Source: Methanosphaera sp. rholeuAM130 (lineage in GTDB: Archaea; Methanobacteriota; Methanobacteria; Methanobacteriales; Methanobacteriaceae). From it: DNA of 32,752 bases. The notes beneath the pieces were generated by a model. It worked only from the letters and a program-made list of their open reading frames with translations, was not told where the DNA came from and made no database searches. The first letter of the stretch is position 1. Every line of letters starts with the position of its first letter. Positions 18,467-27,201 of the stretch are shown in pieces. The stretch spans positions 1,067-33,818 of the forward strand of contig MUZY01000241.1 in NCBI GenBank assembly GCA_003266065.1, given 5' to 3'. A program made the position numbers and the translations under genes.

Positions 18467-19771
18467 CTATTTTAAGTTTCTGTTGTCTATTACTCTAACG
18501 GCTTTTCCGGCATCTACCCTGTCAATGGTCTTAGGTTCCACGAGGTTAACGTTTACTCTTAAACCTATCTCATCATGTATGGCTTCTGCTAACTTGTCGC
18601 GTATACCAACCAATTCCTTAACGTTGTCAAAGAATATGTCAGGGGATGCTTCAACTTTAACTTCTATCTGATCCAGATTATCAGGTCTTGTGAGTATGAT
18701 TTGATAGTGTGGCTCCACACCCTTTATGGACAGCAATGCCTTTTCAATTTGTGATGGGAATACGCTTACTCCCTTAATCTTAAGCATGTCATCTGTTCTG
18801 CCGGTAATTTTGGACATCTTTACCAGTGTTCTTCCACAGCCGCATTTTTCATGTTTAATGCTGGTCACGTCATGTGTTCTGAATCTGATTATAGGCATTC
18901 CAACTCTAGTCAGTGTTGTAAGTACCAATTCACCGCTTTGTCCTTCAGGTATGTGCTTCAATGTTTTTGAATCGATTATTTCAGGATAGAAGTGATCTTC
19001 ATATAAGTGCAAGCCATTCTGCTGGTCACATTCCATTGCTACGCCGGGACCCATTACCTCGGTCAATCCATAGATGTTGTAGGCCGGTACCTCAAATTTT
19101 TCCTCAATGCTCTGTCTCATCTCGTCGGTCCAGCTTTCGGATCCAAAACCGATGACCTTAAGGTTTAAGTCGGATGGCTTAATGCCCATTTCATGCAGTT
19201 CTTCGGCTATGTGCAATCCGTATGATGGTGTGAATATCAGCATTGTCGTTCCGAAGTCCTTCATCAGCTCAATTTGTCTTAAAGTTTGACCTGTAGAGAT
19301 AGGTATGACTGTTGCACCAATCTTTTGTCCGCCATAGTGAACTCCGAATCCTCCTGTAAACAATCCGTATCCATGGGTATTCTGCACTATGTCGTCTTCA
19401 CCGATACCCATCATCGTCATTCCACGAGCCATTACCTCTGCCCATGTATCAAGGTCTTCCTTTGTATATCCTGATACGGTAGGCTTTCCGGTAGTACCGC
19501 TTGAAGTGTGAATCTCAACGATTTCCTTTTGATCTACGGCAAATAAGCCGAAGGGGTATGATGCTCTAAGATCCGTTTTTGTTGTAAACGGTAATTTTTC
19601 TATATCTTCCAAACATTGAATATCCTCCGGATATACTTCCGCTTCAGTATACCTTTTGTGATAATATGGTACTTCATTAAATGCTCTTGTAACGACATCT
19701 TGTAATCTTTTTAATTGTAATTCCCGCATGTCTTCAAGTGACATACATTCTATTTTTTCATCCCATATCAT
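18467..19771 (-). CDS. paaK: Phenylacetate (arylacetate)--CoA ligase
   Basis: [65 protein letters not shown]. Confidence 0.93.
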   Translation of the reverse strand: MIWDEKIECMSLEDMRELQLKRLQDVVTRAFNEVPYYHKRYTEAEVYPEDIQCLEDIEKLPFTTKTDLRASYPFGLFAVDQKEIVEIHTSSGTTGKPTVSGYTKEDLDTWAEVMARGMTMMGIGEDDIVQNTHGYGLFTGGFGVHYGGQKIGATVIPISTGQTLRQIELMKDFGTTMLIFTPSYGLHIAEELHEMGIKPSDLNLKVIGFGSESWTDEMRQSIEEKFEVPAYNIYGLTEVMGPGVAMECDQQNGLHLYEDHFYPEIIDSKTLKHIPEGQSGELVLTTLTRVGMPIIRFRTHDVTSIKHEKCGCGRTLVKMSKITGRTDDMLKIKGVSVFPSQIEKALLSIKGVEPHYQIILTRPDNLDQIEVKVEASPDIFFDNVKELVGIRDKLAEAIHDEIGLRVNVNLVEPKTIDRVDAGKAVRVIDNRNLK

Positions 19772-20001
19772 TAATATTAAACTTCCTTTTCAATAGATAA
19801 TAGTTATTTATGTGGAAGGTTATTATTAATTTTTGGCATAATAAATAATTTTTAAAGGTTAATTTTAACTTGAATAAGTGTGTAGAATTTGGATGAGAAA
19901 ATTAAAATGCAATACTTAAATCTTAAGTTATGCTATGGCATTTAATCAAATAAAATATTTTAAAGAAAGCCATTTAAAAAAAAGATAAAATGGTATTGAA
20001 A

Positions 20002-21672
20002 CTAGAACGGTAATGTGGTATAATATCTTATACTTCCACATCTATTCCAGTTTACAATATTTCCAAATGAGTTGTAGTTTGATGTCAGGTCACAGTTATG
20101 CCATGCACCGTTGACGTATACCTGTGCCCATACGTGACCCGTTACAAGGCCGCTTCTGAAGTAACATGTTGCATGAGCGTATCTTGCAGGTATGCCTGCG
20201 GCTCTGCATACTGCCACCATTAGGTTTGCCATGTCACAGCAGTTACCCGCTTTTCTGTTCCATGTTCCGAGTGCACCGTATCTGGTGTTTGCATAGTAAT
20301 CGTAACTTGTCTTATCGTTTAAGTAACTGAATATTGCCTTTGCCTGTGCCAATGTCGTTGTTTTTCCGCTTGTAATTGTTTTTGCCAGGTTTTGTATTAC
20401 TGAATTGTATACCTGACAGTTTGATGCACTTGTTGTAATGTATGTTTTAAGTGCACTGTTTTGTGTAAGTGACGTGTTTTTTCCACCGGCTGTTTGAGTT
20501 TCCAGTTTTAATTTAGCTGATGTTGTACTTGTTAGGTATTGTACGTATCCACCATACGTTGCGGTTATGTCATATGAGGATTTACTTAAACTCTTAGGAA
20601 TTGCATATGATATGCTTGCACTTCCACTTTTAACGGTAGCTTTACCTATCGTAAGGCCGTTTAATTTAAATACTACAGTACCGCCGCTTATAGCTGTTGA
20701 ACCACTTTTAACGGTAGCTTTAACAGTTATGGTCTTACCGGCGGAACTTGTAATGTCGCTTACGCTTGTAGTTGTTTTTTGTGGAGTAAGAACCGTGAGG
20801 GTACTTGATGCTTTTGATGAAGCCAATGCTCCAGTACCGCTATAGGTTGCAGTTATTGCATATGAGCTTTTTGTGAAGGATGTCGGTATGGTATAGTTTA
20901 TTGCCGCTCCTCCGTTTACAACCTTGCTTGTTCCTATTGAAAGTCCATTCAATTTGAAGACTACATTTCCACCATGTGCATATGCACCTTTGCTGTCTTT
21001 GACAACTGCCAGTATTCTAACACTTGATCCTTCAATACCCGTTAAGTCTTTAACCGTGGTTGTTGAAGAAGTTTTTGTTATTTTTAGAGTACCATTTGCA
21101 GTTGATGATGAATATCTGCTTGTAGCACCGAATACTGCTGTAGTAGTATATGTGCCTGCAGAATATCCTGGTATTGTATATCTTAATGATGCCTTACCAT
21201 TTGTTACGTTAGCTTGACCAATAGTTTTACCGTTAATTTTAAATGCTACAAGTCCATTTGGAACGTATACCGAACCGGATGCCACTGTAGCTTTTAACAC
21301 TATCGTATCCGTACTGGTAGCAGTAATTGAATTTATTGCTATTTGGGTAGAATCAAGTTTGCTGCTTGATTTTGTATTACTGCTTGTTTTTTGAATACTT
21401 TTTAAACTATTCGTGTTATCATCTTCGGATTTTGTCGTAGTAACGTCCGTTACCGTATTTGAGTTGGCAGTACTTGCTGAAGATGATGCTGAGTTTGTAG
21501 TAATTACTGTATCTGTGTCGGTTATTGCATTGGATGTGGATTGTGTTGCTTGAATATCGTTTGATATTGTATCCGCTGTAATCGTGTCATTATCAGGGTC
21601 TATTGCACTTACTGAACTAATTAATAAAATAGTTGTACATATTAAGATTATTGTACCAAAATAACCCTTAAT
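20002..21672 (-). CDS. Secreted adhesin-like protein: signal peptide, Ser/Thr-rich linker, three Ig-like repeats, C-terminal transglutaminase-like (Cys-His-Asp) domain
   Basis: The frame stays open 124 codons upstream of the tracked GTG (21300) to ATT 21672 / ATA 21675, just behind AGGAGG. The extension encodes KGYFGTIILICTTILLISSVSA|ID. Repeats VxFKxNGxxIG...YxIP...YxxTAx(Y/F). Catalytic GNCCD, GHVW, DLT. Confidence 0.85.
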   Translation of the reverse strand: MKGYFGTIILICTTILLISSVSAIDPDNDTITADTISNDIQATQSTSNAITDTDTVITTNSASSSASTANSNTVTDVTTTKSEDDNTNSLKSIQKTSSNTKSSSKLDSTQIAINSITATSTDTIVLKATVASGSVYVPNGLVAFKINGKTIGQANVTNGKASLRYTIPGYSAGTYTTTAVFGATSRYSSSTANGTLKITKTSSTTTVKDLTGIEGSSVRILAVVKDSKGAYAHGGNVVFKLNGLSIGTSKVVNGGAAINYTIPTSFTKSSYAITATYSGTGALASSKASSTLTVLTPQKTTTSVSDITSSAGKTITVKATVKSGSTAISGGTVVFKLNGLTIGKATVKSGSASISYAIPKSLSKSSYDITATYGGYVQYLTSTTSAKLKLETQTAGGKNTSLTQNSALKTYITTSASNCQVYNSVIQNLAKTITSGKTTTLAQAKAIFSYLNDKTSYDYYANTRYGALGTWNRKAGNCCDMANLMVAVCRAAGIPARYAHATCYFRSGLVTGHVWAQVYVNGAWHNCDLTSNYNSFGNIVNWNRCGSIRYYTTLPF

Positions 21673-21713
21673 TATAAAACCTCCTTATTAATATAAATTG
21701 GTTATATTTGTTC

Positions 21714-21770
21714 GTCGAATCATTTTTTCAATTCGACTTGTATAATCATTAATACTTCATAGTATATAAA
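21714..21770 (-). promoter_or_regulatory. TATA box and inverted repeat upstream of the adhesin gene
   Basis: TTTATATA at 21770-21763 (minus strand). GTCGAAT-N10-ATTCGAC at 21714-21737, near the expected transcription start. Confidence 0.5.
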
Positions 21771-22242
21771 TATATTTTTTAAATAATTCAAATTATTGGC
21801 CTTTTAAACTATTGGATAATTAAGGGCATCTTTTTAATCATTAGAAATTCTCTATAATTGATTTATTCTTTATCATATAATTTTTACTCTGATATTATTA
21901 ATCTTTTATTTATCCTGATTTTTTATCTTTATCCATTGATTAACGGAGTATATTAAACTGGTAAATATTCTATTGCTGTCGATGAGCCTTTTTTGATAAT
22001 TTTTTAAAATAATAATTGATTATGAGTCTTATTCTCATCAAATGTATATGCTCTATTGAATCTTTTATTTTTTATAAATGGGTTATAATGGTTAAAACGT
22101 GTTGTATTTTTCTTATTTTGGTTAATTACGGTTTAAATAATGGATTTCATATATTTTCATGAAAATTATAAAAAATAAAAAATATATATTAATGACAATC
22201 ATAAGATATATAGGATTTTTAATTAAACAAGAGGTGACAGAT

Positions 22243-22602
22243 ATGACAGATGAAAAAATTACCTATGAAGATGTTAAAGAATATGAGTCCTTATTTACCA
22301 TTGCACCGGCAATAGTACTTGAGGCAATGATTAAAAAAAATGTTAATCTCGTAAAGAAATTTCGTTCAGTAATTGTCAGTTATTTAAAACAGTTAACGCC
22401 GGAACAAAAGGCTAAGCTTATGCTTGTATTGGCTACCGATATAGTGGTACTTCAGAAGTTGATGTTTGTTGCATATAAAAAGACAGGTAAAAAACAGTTT
22501 TATCTATTGGCCAATCCTGCAAACAGATTATTCGTAGCTATGAACCTTAAGGAAATAAGTGATTTGGTTGCTTTTTTAGAGGATAATCCCCATGCTGAAT
22601 AA
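22243..22602 (+). CDS. Hypothetical protein (119 aa)
   Basis: GAGGTGA Shine-Dalgarno 5 nt before ATG 22243 (MTDEKITYEDVKEYE...). No motif recognised. Confidence 0.75.
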   Translation: MTDEKITYEDVKEYESLFTIAPAIVLEAMIKKNVNLVKKFRSVIVSYLKQLTPEQKAKLMLVLATDIVVLQKLMFVAYKKTGKKQFYLLANPANRLFVAMNLKEISDLVAFLEDNPHAE

Positions 22603-22620
22603 TTGAATATAAAAAAGTTA

Positions 22621-22633
22621 AGAAAAAGGGAGT
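22621..22633 (-). terminator. Pyrimidine/U-tract terminator after the tandem-PRC gene
   Basis: Directly after TAA the minus strand reads ACTCCCTTTTTCT. Confidence 0.5.
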
Positions 22634-23197
22634 TTAGTTTATGTTGATATCTACTTTTTCTTCTTCAGGTGTTTCTTTTTTTTCTTCTTCTTCATCACCC
22701 GTTTTATCGTCTTCAAAGCTTAGGGTTTTGTTGATTAAGATGTAGTCACCGAAACCGGTTATTTCATCTTGTTCTATTTTAGCTTCACTTGATTTTGTGA
22801 ATGATGAGGATTTTGAAACATTTAATGAAGTGATTTCCTGTTTTTCGATATCTATATTTATGCTTGATACTTTTCCACTGTCGTTACCATTGCAGTCCAA
22901 TACTTTCTTGCCGATAATTTCGCTGCTTTTTGCGTTTGTTCCTTCACTTTTTGGTATTTTGTCCAATGAATTTTCCATCAGTTCTTCTTTAGTAACATTT
23001 ACTTGCAAATAATCTCCTATTGCCATTATGTCTGTTGCTTTGAAATCATGGTATTTTTTACTGATTGGATTTCCCGTTGAACCGTAGATACCTGTTAATT
23101 TGAATGTTTTTGTATCAAAGGTCATTTCAGCGATTTTTCCTACTTCTTTAACGTTTTTGTCGATGATTTTTTTTCCGACTATTTCATTTGTCTTCAT
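22634..23197 (-). CDS. Tandem (double) PRC-barrel protein with acidic tail
   Basis: Two repeats: EIVGKKIID...VGKI...IMAIGDYLQVN and EIIGKKVLD...SGKV...ITGFGDYILIN. Glu-rich C-terminus. Confidence 0.85.
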   Translation of the reverse strand: MKTNEIVGKKIIDKNVKEVGKIAEMTFDTKTFKLTGIYGSTGNPISKKYHDFKATDIMAIGDYLQVNVTKEELMENSLDKIPKSEGTNAKSSEIIGKKVLDCNGNDSGKVSSINIDIEKQEITSLNVSKSSSFTKSSEAKIEQDEITGFGDYILINKTLSFEDDKTGDEEEEKKETPEEEKVDININ

Positions 23198-23291
23198 ATT
23201 TTTAGCCTCACATATTCTTATTTGCTTTTATTAGTTATATTTATTATTTTATAATTGTTTAATATATTAATATATATTATATCTATTTTAA

Positions 23292-23825
23292 TTATAAATA
23301 TTGTCTAAATTCACTTATCGTCAATAGCGGTTCAAATATTATTCCTCTTTTTTCGAAGGTGTCTTTAGCTCCCTCTTCACGGTCTACTATTACAAATGCC
23401 TTGATTATGTTTCCACCGTTGTCTTCTATCACATCTATTGCCTTAAGCAGTGATCCGCCCGTTGTCGTAACGTCCTCTACTATTATCACATTGTCGTTTT
23501 CGTTCAACTGTCCTTCAATCTGTTTGGATGTACCGTATGATTTCTTTTCCTTTCTAATCATTAGCATAGGCTTTTTTGATATCAGCGACGTTGCGGTTGC
23601 AATGGGGACTGCTCCCAATGCCGGTCCTGCTATCTTGTCGATGTCCTCATCAATATTTTCGGTTATAAGATGTGCAACACATTCAAGTATTTCAGGCTCT
23701 GTAATTGCCTTTTTCATATCTACGTAGTAGTCGCTCTTTTTACCTGAGGATAACGTGAAGTCTCCAAACTTAATCACATCGTTTTCTTTTAATAATTCTA
23801 TCAGTTTATTCTTGTATTCATTCAT
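23292..23825 (-). CDS. pyrE: Orotate phosphoribosyltransferase
   Basis: [29 protein letters not shown]-binding [20 protein letters not shown] 23825 follows GAAGGTGA. Confidence 0.97.
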   Translation of the reverse strand: MNEYKNKLIELLKENDVIKFGDFTLSSGKKSDYYVDMKKAITEPEILECVAHLITENIDEDIDKIAGPALGAVPIATATSLISKKPMLMIRKEKKSYGTSKQIEGQLNENDNVIIVEDVTTTGGSLLKAIDVIEDNGGNIIKAFVIVDREEGAKDTFEKRGIIFEPLLTISEFRQYL

Positions 23826-23859
23826 AATTTCACCTTCGGCGTAATATAAGAAGTAACAG

Positions 23860-24096
23860 TTATAGGGTACCGTTCTCAAGGGGATCTTTTATCAAAATCT
23901 TATCCCCTATTCTTAGCACTTCTTCAAATGGAATACGAATTTTTTCATGTTTATCATCGGATTCACTTTGATTTGTCACTATTAAAGATTCCAGGATATT
24001 GGTTGTCGTGTCAACTTCGACGTCTACTGCTTTTCCCAATATTGTGGCTTCGTTATTGACTACTTCCTTACCAATAATATTATCAACGATTCTCAT
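23860..24096 (-). CDS. Single PRC-barrel protein (CdpB-like)
   Basis: [13 protein letters not shown]...[10 protein letters not shown]...[16 protein letters not shown], a canonical archaeal PRC barrel. ATG at 24096. Confidence 0.85.
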   Translation of the reverse strand: MRIVDNIIGKEVVNNEATILGKAVDVEVDTTTNILESLIVTNQSESDDKHEKIRIPFEEVLRIGDKILIKDPLENGTL

Positions 24097-24237
24097 TAAA
24101 ATCACTTAAACTTCCATATTATATAATTAGTTATTATTTTTATAGGTATTATTTTTTTATCATATTATATATATAAATAATATATAAATGAAAATAATAT
24201 TTTTTAATTATAAATATGATTTCTATGGAGTTGCAAA

Positions 24238-24750
24238 ATGATGAAAGTGTATAACTTGGATGCATCCGCATTAATAAATGGTTTTTATAAGGAGGACTGT
24301 TTAAATGTCATGGTTTCTTCCGCAGCAGCTGAAATCAAGGATATCAATGCCGAAATGTTAATGAATAACTGTATCAACGATGGAATACTCAAAATAGAAT
24401 CCGTTGACAGTAGGGAATATCCCCGATTGAACGATGTCCTGCTGGACTCGGGTGATTATATGAGATTATCCCAGACAGACAGGGATGTCGTTGCATTAGC
24501 CTTAAAGTATGAATCGATGGGTCATGACGTAGTAACCATCAGCGATGACTATTCTATCCAGAATGTTCTGAAATTGTTGAATCTCAAGTTTCAGGGTGTT
24601 TATACCAAGGGCATCAGTCAAACGGTTACTTGGCAAAAGATATGCAAGGGCTGTCGAAGGGAGTATCCTGGAGATACGAAGTTGATAGAATGTGACGTTT
24701 GCGGATCGCCAATCATCAGAAAACGTAGGAATTCCCATAGAAACTATTAG
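24238..24750 (+). CDS. nob1: Endoribonuclease Nob1 (PIN domain + zinc ribbon)
   Basis: LDASALI, LSQTD, SDDYSIQNV PIN acidic residues; C-terminal CKGC...CDVCGS. Confidence 0.9.
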   Translation: MMKVYNLDASALINGFYKEDCLNVMVSSAAAEIKDINAEMLMNNCINDGILKIESVDSREYPRLNDVLLDSGDYMRLSQTDRDVVALALKYESMGHDVVTISDDYSIQNVLKLLNLKFQGVYTKGISQTVTWQKICKGCRREYPGDTKLIECDVCGSPIIRKRRNSHRNY

Positions 24751-24762
24751 GAAGTATGGATT

Positions 24763-25896
24763 ATGACATTAAATATTGGTGTTATTGTACATGGTCCGGG
24801 AATTATAGACTCCGGATGTGCATTAAAGATTATAGACATGCTTTCGGCGATGGGTAATGTTTCATGCAGATTGGGTGGTACTATGGGTAGAACCGCCGTA
24901 ATCGATGCATCTTTGGAGGATGTTATAGACATATCCAGAAAACTGTTGCCCAGTCAATCTATACGATTGATGGCCGAGGATAATGATATACTGTTCTTGT
25001 TGAACTATGGAAAAAGTCAGGTGACGGGTCATACATTCGGTTATAAGGTTTACACTAACAGTCAATGCAATGCAAAGCTGATTCAAGTCGAAAGACCTGC
25101 CGAAGAGGACGGCGTCATCATATCATGGTCTGATGAAATAGATGAAGACTTTCTGCAGGAAATTTCCCATAGATTACAATTGCCTGTAATATCCTCGGAT
25201 GAAGCGAAAGGGATTGCCTGTGATGAATCATCAATAAACGATGACAATTCAATCATAAGACGTAAGGTCGCAGGTGTAGCACCTGGTGAAAATATCATGC
25301 TAAACGGCGTTATAATCGGACGAGTTACAGATGATGATTTGATAGTAATCGCTAAAGATAATCGTATAATCGGCATGGAGGGTGGAGTTATCAAGGAACA
25401 TGGCTTGGAAAAGCTGGGGGAAGTTGACTTAAAAAAAGCCATTATAAAAACGGGTCTTCTCAGAAAATCTGATAATGTCAAGCCAAGGATAATCAAAAAC
25501 ACCGTTAACAGACAGACGGCAGTGTATCTTGATCATGCGGCTGAAGATATCTATAAATACAGGGATAATGCAGTCATCGTTAGTGTGGGGGATGACACCA
25601 CGCTGCTTTCATCGGACATATTATACAGGTTTGAAGTACCGGTCATTGGAATAACGGATGGTGACTTGGATAAGGTTGTCGAAAAAGCCTTCCGGATGGA
25701 TGATTCCCTTATAATCCAACTGGAATCCGGATGGGATGATATTGTAGGCAAACGGATTTTCAATGAAATATTTGACCAAAAACAGATTATTGACATCGAT
25801 TCGATAGATTCGCTTAAGGATGAAATAATAAATCTCATCAATCGGATGGATATCGATTATCACATAGTCGATAATCAATTGGCTAAAAAGTTTTAA
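24763..25896 (+). CDS. DUF2117 family protein (methanogen conserved protein)
   Basis: IGVIVHGP.IIDSG, LGGTMGRTAVIDA, LLNYGKS..TG..FG, DHAAE, VGDDTT, IGITDGD.D motifs. Confidence 0.8.
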   Translation: MTLNIGVIVHGPGIIDSGCALKIIDMLSAMGNVSCRLGGTMGRTAVIDASLEDVIDISRKLLPSQSIRLMAEDNDILFLLNYGKSQVTGHTFGYKVYTNSQCNAKLIQVERPAEEDGVIISWSDEIDEDFLQEISHRLQLPVISSDEAKGIACDESSINDDNSIIRRKVAGVAPGENIMLNGVIIGRVTDDDLIVIAKDNRIIGMEGGVIKEHGLEKLGEVDLKKAIIKTGLLRKSDNVKPRIIKNTVNRQTAVYLDHAAEDIYKYRDNAVIVSVGDDTTLLSSDILYRFEVPVIGITDGDLDKVVEKAFRMDDSLIIQLESGWDDIVGKRIFNEIFDQKQIIDIDSIDSLKDEIINLINRMDIDYHIVDNQLAKKF

Positions 25897-25935
25897 ATAA
25901 TGCATAATAAAGATTATCATATATAATATGGGGGT

Positions 25936-26925
25936 ATGAATTTGGACTTTGATGCAATAGTGGAGTCTATAAAGACATTCAAGGGCGTAACCAGAAAGCA
26001 TTCCATAGCCGATGTTCGCGAAAGCCTGAAAGATGTCTATAATATATCGGGAAATGTTTATCTTGCCTTCGGTGACGATGCGGCGGCTATAGATATTGGA
26101 AATAATCAGCTGATGCTGCTTGCCACCGATGGAATATGGGGTGCTTTGATGGATATTGATCCCTGGTGGTCAGGTTATTGTTCGGTTCTTGTAAACGTCA
26201 ATGACATTGCCGCTATGGGTGGTTTGCCTATGGGCATGACCAATGTATTGTCCTCCAGTGATGATGAGGTTACCAAACAGATAATGGATGGAATCAAGGA
26301 AGGGGTTAAGAAGTTTGGCGTACCGATGGTAGGCGGTCATACTCATCCGGACACTCCATATGATGCATTGGATGTGGCCATCAGCGGTATAGTGGATAGG
26401 GATGCTGTCATTCCAAGTTGCGGTGCAAAGGTGGATGATGATGTTATAGTGGCCGTTGACTTGGATGGACGGGTATATCCCGGTACCGAGATTAACTGGG
26501 ATACTACCAGCGACAAATCCCCGGAATATGTTCAAAATCAGATTAGGATAATGAACACTATCGGCAAGAAGCATTTGGTCAATGCTGCAAAGGACATCAG
26601 CAATCCCGGTATTGTAGGTACGCTTGGCATGTTGCTTGAAGCATCAGGCAAGGGTGCCGATATTGACATGGAGCTTATTCCAAAACCCGATGATATCGAT
26701 TGGATCAAATGGTTTATGATGTATCCCGGTTCCGCATTCGTATTGACGTGCGAGAGTCAAAACACGTCAAGTGTATTGGAGTTGTTGAATGGGGCTAATA
26801 TCACGGCTTCATGTATTGGAAAGGTCAATGACACCCATAAATTAATGATGAGCTATGGGAATGAAAAAAGATGCGTCTTTGATTTTGACAATGAAATCAT
26901 CATGGGCTTTTCCGAAGACAGATGA
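25936..26925 (+). CDS. mmp2: Methanogenesis marker protein 2 (PurM/ThiL/HypE/SelD superfamily)
   Basis: F.GVTRK, FGDDAA, VLVNVNDIAAMGG, VGGHTHPD, KDISNPGIVGTLGMLLE. Directly upstream of marker 3. Confidence 0.88.
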   Translation: MNLDFDAIVESIKTFKGVTRKHSIADVRESLKDVYNISGNVYLAFGDDAAAIDIGNNQLMLLATDGIWGALMDIDPWWSGYCSVLVNVNDIAAMGGLPMGMTNVLSSSDDEVTKQIMDGIKEGVKKFGVPMVGGHTHPDTPYDALDVAISGIVDRDAVIPSCGAKVDDDVIVAVDLDGRVYPGTEINWDTTSDKSPEYVQNQIRIMNTIGKKHLVNAAKDISNPGIVGTLGMLLEASGKGADIDMELIPKPDDIDWIKWFMMYPGSAFVLTCESQNTSSVLELLNGANITASCIGKVNDTHKLMMSYGNEKRCVFDFDNEIIMGFSEDR

Positions 26926-27201
26926 CTTCTTCAAATCATTACTTTTTTGTCGTTATATTTTTCAGCATATTTTCACGTCCTGTGGATGTTCAATTAAGAA
27001 TATTTAATCGGATTCTTTTTCTCTATTTTTCCATTTTTTACCCAAAATTTTATCCCATTACGATACCAATATTTTATTTATATTTCTTATTAGAAACTAA
27101 TTAATATTATAAAATTCAAAAATTAAAACATAGGAATTACTTCATAAAATTTCTAATAAAAATTAATGCTCAAAATAAATATCATATGTTGAGGCGAGAA
27201 A

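Noticed and set aside
18117-18671. 184-aa plus-strand ORF and other long antisense ORFs (e.g. 1932-2375, 25083-25502, 28296-28712)
   Set aside because: All lie opposite well-supported genes and show no motifs.
22022-22038. ATGAG-N7-CTCAT inverted repeat in the long intergenic
   Set aside because: 5-bp arms are expected by chance.
22159-22242. Upstream start for the hypothetical protein
   Set aside because: The extension is promoter-like AT-rich sequence; a strong GAGGTGA SD precedes ATG 22243.
23826-23879. pyrE extension overlapping the PRC gene
   Set aside because: SD GAAGGTGA supports ATG 23825 and gives a normal-length PyrE.
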